Source: a virus | Lineage: Duplodnaviria > Caudoviricetes | DNA length: 64,000 bases | IMG/VR virus record: IMGVR_UViG_3300033066_000811 | Location: 2,705-66,704 of that record | Direction: 5' to 3' (one strand) | In this document: positions 37,406 to 47,881 of the stretch, piece by piece | Numbering within the stretch: position 1 is the first letter of the stretch | How the letters are laid out: each line of letters opens with the position of its first letter | Made by a program: the position numbers and the translations under genes | Notes under the pieces: generated by a model | What the model was told of the DNA's origin: nothing | Databases searched by the model: none | Seen by the model: the letters and a program-made list of their open reading frames with translations, nothing else

Positions 37406-38488
37406 TTATGGTCTGGGTCTTCCACCCGGACCAACACCATTGGTGAATAGAGTATTAAAGTCAATTCTTTTTCTTGTCTTAAACTTCAAGAACACTGGAT
37501 CAGGTACACTTACTGTTTCAGGGTCAGCACCTTCTCTGACTTGTATTACAGTATAATCAGAGATATCATTCTGAATACGACCATTCCCGTTTAATAGAAC
37601 AGGGTGTTTAGCTAATGTCTCCCCTCTTTTAATTGGAACAAAAGCATAAGGGGAAACTACATCAGGAGGGTCTTTAAGAATCCTTTCAACAAAACCTCTG
37701 TCAAGTTCTGAATGCTGAAAGGATTCATAAAGGTCGATTTGTTCGCCTGTGTCTGGATTGGTTTCAATCCCGGCATAATAACCAAACTTTATCTTGTAAG
37801 TCACTCTCCAATATGACAGATTACCTTTCCACATCAGACGTGCCCTTGGTGCCATACACAAGACAGTATCCATAGGATATGTATTGAATGGTCTATTATT
37901 AACAGCACCAGCAAACTGAGCAGCTTTTTCAGGACTGAAGAATAATTCATTCCTTGAAAAACTGACTACTGTTCTGTGTACGTTAATACCGGGAGTGGGA
38001 TTGATAACTTCCCAGCTTGAAAAGAGAAAAGGTCTTCCATCCAAGTCACGCATCATGTGAATAGTTGCTTCTTCATAGTCATATTCAATTTCAGGAGGTT
38101 CCAATTCAGGATTGTCCTGATTACCCCCAGCGTTACCACCCGGTCCACCATTAGCACCGGGGAATCTTGTATCAGAAGGACCACCTGAATTTATGTCAGT
38201 AGAGAACTCACAGGTAACAATAGAGGACAATTCTGATTCACGTTTGGCGGATATTCTGACGCATAAAGCATTAGCGTCAAAGAAACCTGTCTGTTCATTC
38301 AGATAAGAAGCATACGGCAAAGGCATCCCCGGAGCATAGCAGCATGTCTCCGGGGATACGTTTTTGTCATTTACTTCCACTCTGTACTTTTTTACATAGT
38401 TCCTGACTTTTGCTTTTGCATCAAATAAAGTCACTTCTTGGTCATCAAAAATCAGACCAACATTTGTAAATCTATATGGAATAGGCAT
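37406..38488 (-). CDS. tail tip protein following the tape measure
   Basis: Position; KYRVEV...PGMPLPYASY...VTCEFST. Confidence 0.6.
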   Translation of the reverse strand: MPIPYRFTNVGLIFDDQEVTLFDAKAKVRNYVKKYRVEVNDKNVSPETCCYAPGMPLPYASYLNEQTGFFDANALCVRISAKRESELSSIVTCEFSTDINSGGPSDTRFPGANGGPGGNAGGNQDNPELEPPEIEYDYEEATIHMMRDLDGRPFLFSSWEVINPTPGINVHRTVVSFSRNELFFSPEKAAQFAGAVNNRPFNTYPMDTVLCMAPRARLMWKGNLSYWRVTYKIKFGYYAGIETNPDTGEQIDLYESFQHSELDRGFVERILKDPPDVVSPYAFVPIKRGETLAKHPVLLNGNGRIQNDISDYTVIQVREGADPETVSVPDPVFLKFKTRKRIDFNTLFTNGVGPGGRPRP

Positions 38489-41400
38489 TAGTTAAATCCT
38501 TTAGGAATGACAGGCCAGCCGTTTGTCTGGATATAACTTCGGAATTGTTCAAAGTTCTTGTTGAACTTTTCCTGTTCCTTATATGCTTTTTCCAAGACTT
38601 CCTTAATCTGCATTTGAGGATTGTCTGCACTATTGGCATTCATGGAATCATAGATAGCTTTAACAGCTTCAGATGAATCCTTTACTATTGTCCCAATAGA
38701 CTTAAAATCATCACTCTTATTTCCATACTTTGAATTCAAAGCACTGAAAGCACCAAAAGACATTTGATCTATTTCATTTTGACTTACCATGTCTACTTTT
38801 CTTCTAAAAGCAGCAATCTCTTCTTCAGGTATAAGACCTTGTCTTAAAGTCTGTTCAATCAGGTCAGCATTGTCTTTCATGTTCTGGACATCAAAGATAC
38901 TTTTCATCTTTATCTGATATTCGTCAAGAGGAGTCATACCTTCTTTGAGTTTCTTTCCCAAGTCAGTAGATAATTGCTCAAAGATAGGACTAAACCATTG
39001 AATAGCTGTAGATATATCAGAAGCAGTTGCAGTAGGTTTCATCCCACCTGCTACAATACCTGCACCTGCTATACCCATAAGACCATTAGAACTTCCGGTT
39101 AAAGAAGACAATCCATTTATAGATGTAAATGGGATGTCTAATACTCCTCCGTTTTTCTTCCAATTGTCTCTAGCTTCCTGTGCCCTTTGTTTAATAGACT
39201 TTCTGTCTCCTAAAGTCTTGTCTCCTCTTAGAGAATTATCCAGTTTGGTCCATGATGTTAGAGCATCAATTTCCATTTCTCTAAGACCATGTGACCCATC
39301 TTGTGCTTTTTTGAATGCTTGTTCTCCTGCCGCCAATACAAGCGCACCAAAAAACGGGACACCATTGCTTGTGTATTTTAGAATAGGGTCTCTTAAAGAA
39401 CCTAATCTTCCAATGTCTTCTGCAATGTTAGCTATCTGAAAACCAAACCTAATAAAAATTGGACCCAAATCCAGTATGGTGTCCATTAAACCTGCAAAAA
39501 GATCGGAGACAAATGTGACTCCATTTACCATTGATCTTTCAAAAGTCTTCCAAGCAGATTCCCCATATTTGAAACCATCACTGATTCCAAACAAAGAGTC
39601 AAACATCTTGACACTCAGATCAACAACTAAAGACAATGGAGTGACAAGGCTATTGTATAATTGACCACCAAACTTGATAACAGCATCCAGTTTGGTAACA
39701 ATCCAATCAGCAGTTTTGTCAATACCTCCACTGCTAATCCATTTTTCAATAAAGTTTGTTCCTTGTCCAATTACATCAGCGGCACTTGTTTTCTGAAACA
39801 AAGCAAGACCAAGTCTTCTTCCGACCTTTTCAATTGTTCCTTCAAACACCTGCCATTGTCCTGAAACAGTTTTCAAACCTTCTTTGTTCATACCAAAGAA
39901 ACGCCCACCCTCATTAGTTAATCTGTTGATAGTCTTAACCATTACAGAAGCAGGAACAATCCCAGCCTCCATATCAGCTTTCAACTGAAGAACAGACTTA
40001 CCATAAGTGAGAGCAAAGTCTTCAGCACCAACACCTGCTTCAGAAAATTGTCTTAATTCTTGGCCCATCAGACGACCAGCAGAAGACACCTGTCCGAATG
40101 CAAGAGCAAGTCTTTGCATTCTGACAGCATCACCACCGGCAATTTCACCAAGTCTGGAAAGTGCTGAGGGAATGTTATCCTTGGACACACCATAGCCAAG
40201 AAGCATTTCGGTATTCTGAGATAGACTTCCTACGGAATAGGGAGTCTGCATTCCAAGTTTTTCGATACTGCCGTATAGATTCTTTCCTGCTTCTTTACTT
40301 CCTGTCAGAACTGTGAACTTCATCAATGATCGTTCATAGTCCATACCAAGAGCAACGACCTTTTTAGTTCCAGAGACAAGATATTCAATTGCTGTGGAAA
40401 TACCAGAAGTGAATATATCCACAACACCTTGAATAAGTCCTGAAGCAAAACCAACTCCAGCTCCAATGACAGTTCCGATTGCTCCACCAGCTAAAGCACC
40501 CCAAGGACCACCCATCATCATTCCAAGACTTCCACCAAGACCACCACCACCACCACCTCCAGCTAAAGCTCCCATGAAAGGTTTACCTATGACAGAAGAG
40601 CCACCGGGCATAGACCCGATGATACTTCCCATAGTAGCACCACCAAAGGAAGCTAAAGCAGTCATACCACCGTACATGTTATTACTGAACTTGTCATATC
40701 TTTGCTGACGTAATGCTAGTCTTTGCCGTTCTTCTTTTGCCAGTCTTTTAGTTTCGGCCTGTTCTTCTGTTTTCCGAATCTTTTCCTGCAATTTAAGAAG
40801 ATTTTGTTTTCTTTTATGAACACCCTCATTGAACTTATCTAAATTGACATAATAGTCAATTGTTTTTTGAAGTTCTGCTGCTTCTCTCTTCTTAATACCA
40901 TCCTGAAACTTTTGGTCTCTTTTATCTCTATCAGAATAATATTTAGCAATTTTATTAGGATCAGTTGTCCCATATTTTGCTAAAGTTTTTGCATCTTGGT
41001 CAAGTTGATCTGCTTTTTTTACAAAGTCTCCAAGAGGATTCCAAGTGTTCTGATATTTCAACTTCATATCAGACAATAAACCTTGAGCATCCTTGGAAGG
41101 TTTTGCTGCTTCGTCTTTTCTTCTCTGAACTTCTGCTTGTGCTTTCTTTAATAACTCCTGTCCTTCAGGAGTTCCTTTAATGTCAATAAAACCGCGTTGG
41201 TTATACGACATCCCTTGGTCACGCATCATAGCACGGAGGATGTTTCTGTCTTCCCGTTCTGGAAGTAACTGAGAAACATATTCAAGAGAAGTCTTTTTAT
41301 TGTTCTCTATCCATTCTTTTTTCTTTTGTCTGGAAAGTTCCTTGTTTCTTTTGTCTTCTTCTCTTTTCTTCTTAGCATCAGACTTTTCTTGTGCTTTCTT

Positions 41401-41655
41401 CTCAGCTTCATCACGTTTTCTCTGAACTTCCTCAGCAGCAGCAAGAAGTTCAGCGTCTGTTATTCCACCTGTCGCATAATTATTAGCTAAGTCTTGTTGC
41501 TGTTTTTTGTTTCTTTTGGTTTTATTGAATTGCTTGGCAAGTTCAGGGTCCAGTTTAGCCAAATCTGCTATGACTTTATTGACACCAGCAGTGACACCAG
41601 AAGCATTAAGAGTTAGAATCACTTCCACTGTCTTTAGAATGTTCTGTTTTGCCAT
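38488..41655 (-). CDS. tape measure protein
   Basis: 1055 aa; tape-measure domain FTVLTGSKEAG...LALAFGQVSSAGRLMGQELRQFSEAG; follows the chaperones. Confidence 0.9.
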   Translation of the reverse strand: MAKQNILKTVEVILTLNASGVTAGVNKVIADLAKLDPELAKQFNKTKRNKKQQQDLANNYATGGITDAELLAAAEEVQRKRDEAEKKAQEKSDAKKKREEDKRNKELSRQKKKEWIENNKKTSLEYVSQLLPEREDRNILRAMMRDQGMSYNQRGFIDIKGTPEGQELLKKAQAEVQRRKDEAAKPSKDAQGLLSDMKLKYQNTWNPLGDFVKKADQLDQDAKTLAKYGTTDPNKIAKYYSDRDKRDQKFQDGIKKREAAELQKTIDYYVNLDKFNEGVHKRKQNLLKLQEKIRKTEEQAETKRLAKEERQRLALRQQRYDKFSNNMYGGMTALASFGGATMGSIIGSMPGGSSVIGKPFMGALAGGGGGGGLGGSLGMMMGGPWGALAGGAIGTVIGAGVGFASGLIQGVVDIFTSGISTAIEYLVSGTKKVVALGMDYERSLMKFTVLTGSKEAGKNLYGSIEKLGMQTPYSVGSLSQNTEMLLGYGVSKDNIPSALSRLGEIAGGDAVRMQRLALAFGQVSSAGRLMGQELRQFSEAGVGAEDFALTYGKSVLQLKADMEAGIVPASVMVKTINRLTNEGGRFFGMNKEGLKTVSGQWQVFEGTIEKVGRRLGLALFQKTSAADVIGQGTNFIEKWISSGGIDKTADWIVTKLDAVIKFGGQLYNSLVTPLSLVVDLSVKMFDSLFGISDGFKYGESAWKTFERSMVNGVTFVSDLFAGLMDTILDLGPIFIRFGFQIANIAEDIGRLGSLRDPILKYTSNGVPFFGALVLAAGEQAFKKAQDGSHGLREMEIDALTSWTKLDNSLRGDKTLGDRKSIKQRAQEARDNWKKNGGVLDIPFTSINGLSSLTGSSNGLMGIAGAGIVAGGMKPTATASDISTAIQWFSPIFEQLSTDLGKKLKEGMTPLDEYQIKMKSIFDVQNMKDNADLIEQTLRQGLIPEEEIAAFRRKVDMVSQNEIDQMSFGAFSALNSKYGNKSDDFKSIGTIVKDSSEAVKAIYDSMNANSADNPQMQIKEVLEKAYKEQEKFNKNFEQFRSYIQTNGWPVIPKGFN

Positions 41656-42136
41656 CTGACACTACCTCTTTCTTTTTCTGTTCCAGCTTTTTTGCAATCT
41701 TTTGTCCAGAAGTTCCCAAGTGTGGAAGAATGTTCGCCAGCTTTTGTTGGGAAATCTTTTTCTTTAATTCCTTTATCTCTTCTGGAGACATTTTACTGAC
41801 TTTTTCCTTGAAACTCTGCTGTTCTTTTTGTCTCTTCTTTTTCGATTCCCTGTATTCTGATGGAATATAATTGACATGATCTGGAAAGGGGGATGGAGAA
41901 CCGGAACTGAACATTGATGTCATATACCAACGAAAACAGGCTATCTCATACGAAGCAGAACCAATCATATCCAAAAGAAGTCCCGTATCTGAAAAGTCAA
42001 TAGCTTTCCTTTGAAAGTATTCTTTCCAGTACGGGACTTGGGATGCTTTAATCTTTTTCTTTAACTTGTCAATGTTGAACTCACCTGTCATTTCACCTAA
42101 TCTGTAAAAGACTTCATCTTCTTCAGAGATCAGGTT
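41606..42136 (-). CDS. tail assembly chaperone extension (gpT-like), reached by -1 frameshift
   Basis: The -1 frame is open from the A9 run (42143-42135) into the ORF at 42091. Confidence 0.7.
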   Translation of the reverse strand, partial: NLISEEDEVFYRLGEMTGEFNIDKLKKKIKASQVPYWKEYFQRKAIDFSDTGLLLDMIGSASYEIACFRWYMTSMFSSGSPSPFPDHVNYIPSEYRESKKKRQKEQQSFKEKVSKMSPEEIKELKKKISQQKLANILPHLGTSGQKIAKKLEQKKKEVVSDGKTEHSKDSGSDSNS

Positions 42137-42549
42137 TTTTTTTGACCAGTGATTTCTTCAATAGTCAAGTTAAGACCGTTTATCTCAGAACACAATACCC
42201 ACAACTTATTCAAAGTTGTAGAACTGAATCTGGATATCTCTTCAACAGAGAAAGTCTTTGTAACAGGAGGAAGATAAACAAGACAAGAATGTATCAACAT
42301 GGCATTGAACAGTTCTTTGTTCTTTATTTCTGTTACAACACCATCTTTGTCCCGAACAATACATTTTGATCGGAAGTCCTCCCATTTGGACAAACCATCC
42401 CCATCCATTTCAACCAGTTCACAATCAATGAAGATTTTTGTCTTTGCCCCATTAACATCATCAACGTATGACAATTTAATGGGGATATGCTGACGTTCAA
42501 TGTCAAATTCCATAACCTTGTTTTCTTGAATCTTCTTTTCTTCGGACAT
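42130..42549 (-). CDS. tail assembly chaperone (gpG-like)
   Basis: Between tail tube and TMP; ends CAA AAA AAA ACC TGA (slippery). Confidence 0.75.
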   Translation of the reverse strand: MSEEKKIQENKVMEFDIERQHIPIKLSYVDDVNGAKTKIFIDCELVEMDGDGLSKWEDFRSKCIVRDKDGVVTEIKNKELFNAMLIHSCLVYLPPVTKTFSVEEISRFSSTTLNKLWVLCSEINGLNLTIEEITGQKKT

Positions 42550-42580
42550 TGTATTATACCTGTGGGATGGAGTAAAAGGA

Positions 42581-43021
42581 TTAGGCAGCAGTAAAGACAG
42601 GATCAGTTTCCACTTTACTTGTGTTTGTCATTGTTGGAACAATCGTGAGGGAACCTGTCGGTTGAGAACCTTCCTGCAATGCAGAGGGTTGAAAGTTCTT
42701 GACATATCCCCAAAACTCAAGAGTAGACCCATCAGGAAGAGTCATAGTGATTTCCTGATTCACATTTGTCATTGCAAGGACAGTGGTTGGGTTGAACGCT
42801 TCTGACGTATAACTCACTGTCAATGTCATTGGAGTCATACGCACAAGCTGTCTTGGTGCGTAAGTCCGGTATTTATTGTTTCTCATTGTAGTGGTTTCAA
42901 TTTCTTCACCACCATCAATACCCGGAGGAGTCACATCCTTTTCATAGAATTCCACTGTAGGGAAGTCTGCAAAGGAAATCAGTGTCGAAAAACCATCGTC
43001 AATACGGTCTTGAAGAGCCAT
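42581..43021 (-). CDS. major tail tube protein
   Basis: DVTPPGIDGGEEIETTTM...ITMTLPDGSTLEFWGYV; strong AGGAGG RBS. Confidence 0.75.
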   Translation of the reverse strand: MALQDRIDDGFSTLISFADFPTVEFYEKDVTPPGIDGGEEIETTTMRNNKYRTYAPRQLVRMTPMTLTVSYTSEAFNPTTVLAMTNVNQEITMTLPDGSTLEFWGYVKNFQPSALQEGSQPTGSLTIVPTMTNTSKVETDPVFTAA

Positions 43022-43030
43022 GTCAACCTC

Positions 43031-43468
43031 CTAGTTAATTTGCGTAACAGACAGAGAAAAGTTCACACTGAACCTATTTCTTCTTTTGATTTCACTGACA
43101 CCAAGATTAAACGGACCTGATATCAGAGAAACACTGTTCAAGCGATAGGTATAGTCACCAATGGTAAATTGGTGGTCATTTTGTCTATTGATGTTTTCAG
43201 TAGACGTTTTAACAATCTCAGTTATCTTTTCATAAGAGGACAGATAACCGTTCACTAAGGTTGTTACTTGAACGAGTGGTCTTCCAAAAACAAGACCTGT
43301 TCTCATGTCTCTTCCATCCTGCAAACTGGAAGCATAGTCAACAAACAGACAAACTTTATCAGATTCAATATCCTCAGTACAGATTGTCCATCCTGTACCA
43401 TCACCAACTACATCCAGAGTCTCAAGAATAGCAGCAAGTCCCATTGCAGGAGTATTTGCAGTAATCAT
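43031..43468 (-). CDS. tail terminator-like protein
   Basis: Position; RPLVQV...GY...RNRFSVNF. Confidence 0.6.
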   Translation of the reverse strand: MITANTPAMGLAAILETLDVVGDGTGWTICTEDIESDKVCLFVDYASSLQDGRDMRTGLVFGRPLVQVTTLVNGYLSSYEKITEIVKTSTENINRQNDHQFTIGDYTYRLNSVSLISGPFNLGVSEIKRRNRFSVNFSLSVTQIN

Positions 43469-43477
43469 TGTCCATCC

Positions 43478-43927
43478 TTATACAAGAGACCTACCTGTAT
43501 CCCCCGTATGAGGATTAGCATGGTAAGAAGTGTTTGCTTCACCTTTACCACCTTTCATAGACATATTGTCTATTTTTTTAAGGAATTCAGGTATTTCCTG
43601 TTCGGCAGCATTTTCAAGAAACTTATAACCAGCACCACCGACAATTTCATGGACATAGATTGCATAGTCAACAACTATAGCATTTCCACTTACTACAACA
43701 GGACCACCAAAGATAACTTTTCCTGATAATCCATTTTTTTCTATTTCTATATGTCCACTTTGAGACAATGCTCCTGTCACTTTTGGAGCATTTGATTGTG
43801 CCTGTTTAAGAATCTTTTCAAGTGTCTCTTTTATGATGACTTTTCCGTCTGCTTCATATTGTTTCATGTTCTGAACAATGGCAGAAGAAGCAGCAAGAAT
43901 TCCTTTTACTTGTGCTGTCAGGTTCAT
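43478..43927 (-). CDS. HK97 gp10-like neck/tail completion protein
   Basis: APKVTGALSQSG...YAIYVHE...YKFLENA. Confidence 0.7.
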   Translation of the reverse strand: MNLTAQVKGILAASSAIVQNMKQYEADGKVIIKETLEKILKQAQSNAPKVTGALSQSGHIEIEKNGLSGKVIFGGPVVVSGNAIVVDYAIYVHEIVGGAGYKFLENAAEQEIPEFLKKIDNMSMKGGKGEANTSYHANPHTGDTGRSLV

Positions 43928-44292
43928 AAAAGTGCCTCATATAATGCTTCCCTACAATCGACATCAGGAGTGACTCTTGTCTCTTGTATTCTTAAAGCAT
44001 TATAAGACAAAGGATTGTTTGTGATACCGGGATAATTAGCAATATCCCCCAGCATCAGAAAACCTTCACTGACACATCTTCTGTCAGTAATAACAGTGGA
44101 AGAATAGGATATATTTCTTCCGTTTGTCATCAACTCTTCTATTTCATGTTCATCCCAACGGCACTTTATTGAAACAGGAGTTGCAAAAGATTTCTGTCCA
44201 AACTGATCCACTGTTCCTGTAGGTGCCCAATAGACACCTTTTTGCTTACAGGGCCATTTAATTGCTCTTAAGTCAGCCATAGAAGACCTCAA
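43924..44292 (-). CDS. head closure protein
   Basis: YWAPTGTVDQFGQKSF...IKCRWD. Confidence 0.6.
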   Translation of the reverse strand: MRSSMADLRAIKWPCKQKGVYWAPTGTVDQFGQKSFATPVSIKCRWDEHEIEELMTNGRNISYSSTVITDRRCVSEGFLMLGDIANYPGITNNPLSYNALRIQETRVTPDVDCREALYEALL

Positions 44293-44696
44293 TCACTTGG
44301 ATAGGAACCCAACCAAGTTACCGAAGGTGTGACTTTAACACCCCCTGTCTCAGTCATTCGTTTATTGTAAGCTGCCAGCAATCCGTTTGTATCCATAAGC
44401 ATTGCTGTCTGACCATATCTTGTCTGATTCAAACCTAAATCCACTTTTGAATCAGTTGATTTTTGGACCTTACCGGCAGATTTGAACTTTGCCTGTGGAG
44501 ACAAAATACAATAACAGTGAGCGGACAACCATCTTTTAATCAGTTCAAGTTTTCCAGCAGTATAAGTATAGTCAGCACTGTCTATGCAAACATCGTCAAC
44601 AATACTTTCAGCAGAGTCAATCCAAGGGGTCAAGGTATCATCGTTATACCATTCCCCAAGAAGTTCAATAACCGAAGCGTCTGTAGGACGTGACAT
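44289..44696 (-). CDS. head-tail adaptor
   Basis: LELIKRWLSAHC...LGLNQTRYGQTAMLMDT. Confidence 0.7.
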   Translation of the reverse strand: MSRPTDASVIELLGEWYNDDTLTPWIDSAESIVDDVCIDSADYTYTAGKLELIKRWLSAHCYCILSPQAKFKSAGKVQKSTDSKVDLGLNQTRYGQTAMLMDTNGLLAAYNKRMTETGGVKVTPSVTWLGSYPSD

Positions 44697-44730
44697 TGTT
44701 TTCTCCGTTTACATAGACAGTGAATTGAAC

Positions 44731-45114
44731 TTACTTTTTCTTTTTCAATGAAGTAAGCATTTCTTCTTTTGTCATTGCTTCAGACAATTCACCATCAGAC
44801 TCAATAAAGTATTCTTTATCTTCATTCTTGAATACTTTAACTTTTCTTTTCTGAGCTAATGGATATTTCTCTGTGACATCCACCAGATCATTGTCTTCTT
44901 TTTCGTCTTCTTTGACAGGTTCTTCCTGTTTTGCAGGACGACCAATAGGTTTGCTTGGTCCTTCGACTTCTTCAAACTTATTCTTAAAGAGTTTGCAGAG
45001 GTCTTTTTCTGAAGGAACAACTTGTCCTTTTGTGTACTGCACTTTTGTCCCATCTTCTTTGAGAACGAAGTGGGCAGGACTGGCAATCAACTTGAAATAG
45101 CGTGTACGAGCCAT
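44731..45114 (-). CDS. hypothetical virion-associated protein
   Basis: Directly after the MCP; AAGGA RBS. Confidence 0.55.
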   Translation of the reverse strand: MARTRYFKLIASPAHFVLKEDGTKVQYTKGQVVPSEKDLCKLFKNKFEEVEGPSKPIGRPAKQEEPVKEDEKEDNDLVDVTEKYPLAQKRKVKVFKNEDKEYFIESDGELSEAMTKEEMLTSLKKKK

Positions 45115-45175
45115 GAAAATAAATTCCTTATGGGATGGTTAAAAGAGTTTGAAACAATGGGATGAAAGTCACAAT

Positions 45176-45205
45176 GGAGGTCAGAAGTTTTACCCTCTGA
45201 CCTCC
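45176..45205 (-). other. hairpin in the MCP 3' intergenic region
   Basis: GGAGGTCAGA/TCTGACCTCC 10-bp stem; no U-tract. Confidence 0.6.
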
Positions 45206-45230
45206 AGAGCTTCCCCATCCCACAGGGGTA

Positions 45231-46334
45231 CTAGAATGTACGGTGGTTGACACCGCATTTGCCGTCGTAGTCAGAACGGAAGTTGGGGATAAGCATAGCC
45301 ATGACCTTAAAGTGAAGGTCCATTCCACCTTGCTCCGACCATTGAACAACAATGGGAGGAGTCCCAACAACACCACGAACAGTTTCTTCTTTCATTGCAG
45401 CCAAGACCACATCATTCGGGTCAAGATGTTCTGCAATGACAACATCCCGAATGTCTCGGATTTCCTTAAGACGGGAGTAAAGAGTATTTGCACGATTATT
45501 AGTCGTGGTATAGTCCTTTTCCAGATAAGGTTCCCATGTCGTACCTAAGTACAGCATGAACGGACCCTTTTGTTGGATGTTACGAAGTTCCTGTTTCATG
45601 TCAATGATTTCATCGACAAACTTCTTTGGTGTCCAACCAACCGAAGCAGGATCAGTAATGGCAGTGCTGGAAATACGGTCAGGATAACTCGTATAACCGT
45701 AAATCGACCCTTCACCAAAGGTAAAGGTGTCATAAGTACCTGCCAGCATTTGCTCTGCAACTTCAATAACCTTCCGAGTACCTGTCTTAACACCAGAAGT
45801 GTCAAGAGATTGAGTACCCTTTCGGCTTTGCTCAAGGTCGCGAGCCGAGAAGTTGAAGTCAACAGAGATAATCGGCAAGGGTAGGAACTTGGTCGAGTAT
45901 TGAGGTCTGTCTCGTTTACCACGATTCAAACCATCCATACTCACAGTAGCTTCAAGCCAGTCAGACTTGGCTTGGTACTGCATAACAGAAGCAGAGAAGG
46001 CGTTACCATAAGTCATGGTAAGACCATTTGCTCTCAAGTCATCCCAAAGGCGAAGTTCCTTTCGGGAAACATCACGTACCGCAGTGTCAATGAACTTCCA
46101 TTCGTCATACAGAAGAGTCGCTTCGTTAAAAGCAACTTGGACAACTTCAATTTCCCCTTTACGGTTTTGCTGGTTAATCAGCACAGGGGAGTCAGCTTCA
46201 TCGTCCATTGTGTAAGGACGAAGTGTGTCAAGATTGAAGCCGTTGGTCAAAAGACGTTTGGCCAGAGAACCTGACCCACTTCTCGAACCAAAATTAACGA
46301 CATCAATCGACACTTCAGAAACTTGCGTATCCAT
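45231..46334 (-). CDS. major capsid protein (HK97 fold, encapsulin/linocin-like)
   Basis: LLYDEWKFIDTAV, LPLPIISVDFNFSARDL; position after the protease/scaffold. Confidence 0.85.
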   Translation of the reverse strand: MDTQVSEVSIDVVNFGSRSGSGSLAKRLLTNGFNLDTLRPYTMDDEADSPVLINQQNRKGEIEVVQVAFNEATLLYDEWKFIDTAVRDVSRKELRLWDDLRANGLTMTYGNAFSASVMQYQAKSDWLEATVSMDGLNRGKRDRPQYSTKFLPLPIISVDFNFSARDLEQSRKGTQSLDTSGVKTGTRKVIEVAEQMLAGTYDTFTFGEGSIYGYTSYPDRISSTAITDPASVGWTPKKFVDEIIDMKQELRNIQQKGPFMLYLGTTWEPYLEKDYTTTNNRANTLYSRLKEIRDIRDVVIAEHLDPNDVVLAAMKEETVRGVVGTPPIVVQWSEQGGMDLHFKVMAMLIPNFRSDYDGKCGVNHRTF

Positions 46335-46392
46335 CTTTACAAACCTTTCGTAGAGTGAACAAGAAATAAATACAGACTAAGACAACAATGTC

Positions 46393-47865
46393 TTAGTTAT
46401 TTTTCCCCGATTCAGAAAACCACTCATTGACAACACTTGGCAGAGGTTTCACATCCACCTTTCTTGCACCATTCACAGCAGCAACACCAGCAAGACCAAA
46501 ATTGGTCTTCTTACCAGCATTGACAACCGGAGCAGCAACAGCTTCAGCAATCTTTGCCATCTTTTTCAGGTCTTTCATTGACTTTTCAACAAGTTCTTCA
46601 GCAGTGTATTCATTGGCCTTATTAGCAAGAATCTTTGCGATCAGACTTTGCTTCTGATCGTTTGCTGTTTCCACTGCTTCAGACAACGCTTCACCAAGTT
46701 CTGGATTATGATTGGTAATCAGTTCCAGAAGTTCAGGAAGAGTCTTCTGAGTATTGACAACAGGTTCAGGTTCTGGAGCAACCTTCTTCTTTTCAGATTC
46801 CTTTTTCTTGTTGGCTGTCAAAGAAGAAGTATCAATCTTCTTTGTCAGTTCACTCAAAATAGTCTCTGGAAGACCACTCAAGGTTGCTTTCTCTTCATCA
46901 GAAATAGCCAGTCCCTTGATGAAGTCTTCAAATTGGGAATTCAACGCCATCTTCTTCTCCTGTTTGGTCTTATTCAAGAAACGAGTTGATTCTTGATTAG
47001 CAGTAACATAAGTAATTTCTGTCACTACTTTGGATAATGAACGTGTCTCTAAAACAGCAACTCCGTTTTGGATGCTATAAAAGACACGATACAAGAAATA
47101 ACCACCATTAGGTTCTGGTTTTTCAAAAATCACATAGTCAGGGTAAAGGGCATAAATATACCCGTACCATTCTTTACCCGGTTCTCCATAAGTTGATGCC
47201 AGAGCAGTTCTGACAGCACATCTTATGTCTTCAAAGGACATTTCATTGATAGTGAAAGGTTCACTAATCATTGGTGTCCTGTTTTTGATTTCCTCATTCG
47301 CAAGAAGTCCGGCACCTTTTTTAATAGAACAGGCACCAATGGAATCAGATAAAATAGCCAAATGGTCTGGTCTATGATTTCTAGCAATAACATCGTAGGA
47401 CTCCCCGTTGAAGTCCCCTTTTGTTTTGTCAGCATCATACCCCAAACCAGTTGACACTTCCAGCAGAGTTCCATTTTTAATGGCGTTAATGACAAACGGT
47501 GCTTTTTCCTCTGTCTTAACCTTATCAATCCAAGCCTCGGCTTTCTGCTTTTCCTCGTAAGAAGTATTCAGCAGAAAACCGAGTTTGGATTGAGAAAGTA
47601 TGTCCTTTGTTCCAGCGGAAACGTATTGTCCGTTTACCTTTGGATGGTCAAGAACGACAGGCTTATTATTCCAAGCTAAGCAACTTTTGTCAAGTTCCTG
47701 TTCAGGATAATAAATCGGTCCCATATTCCCCGAATGTACGCCTTCAGTCATCAGGACAACTGGACACACATAATAATCTCTACCATCCATACTTTCTTCC
47801 CGAACAGAAGAAGCATTTATAGTAAACTTATATGGTGTCTCAATTGTCTTAGGTTTTTTCGACAT
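46393..47865 (-). CDS. prohead protease/scaffold (DUF2213-like)
   Basis: WNNKPVVLDHP, EVSTG, RPDHLAIL...GACS; helical scaffold-like C-half. Confidence 0.8.
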   Translation of the reverse strand: MSKKPKTIETPYKFTINASSVREESMDGRDYYVCPVVLMTEGVHSGNMGPIYYPEQELDKSCLAWNNKPVVLDHPKVNGQYVSAGTKDILSQSKLGFLLNTSYEEKQKAEAWIDKVKTEEKAPFVINAIKNGTLLEVSTGLGYDADKTKGDFNGESYDVIARNHRPDHLAILSDSIGACSIKKGAGLLANEEIKNRTPMISEPFTINEMSFEDIRCAVRTALASTYGEPGKEWYGYIYALYPDYVIFEKPEPNGGYFLYRVFYSIQNGVAVLETRSLSKVVTEITYVTANQESTRFLNKTKQEKKMALNSQFEDFIKGLAISDEEKATLSGLPETILSELTKKIDTSSLTANKKKESEKKKVAPEPEPVVNTQKTLPELLELITNHNPELGEALSEAVETANDQKQSLIAKILANKANEYTAEELVEKSMKDLKKMAKIAEAVAAPVVNAGKKTNFGLAGVAAVNGARKVDVKPLPSVVNEWFSESGKNN

Positions 47866-47881
47866 ACATTCCTCTCAGGAA

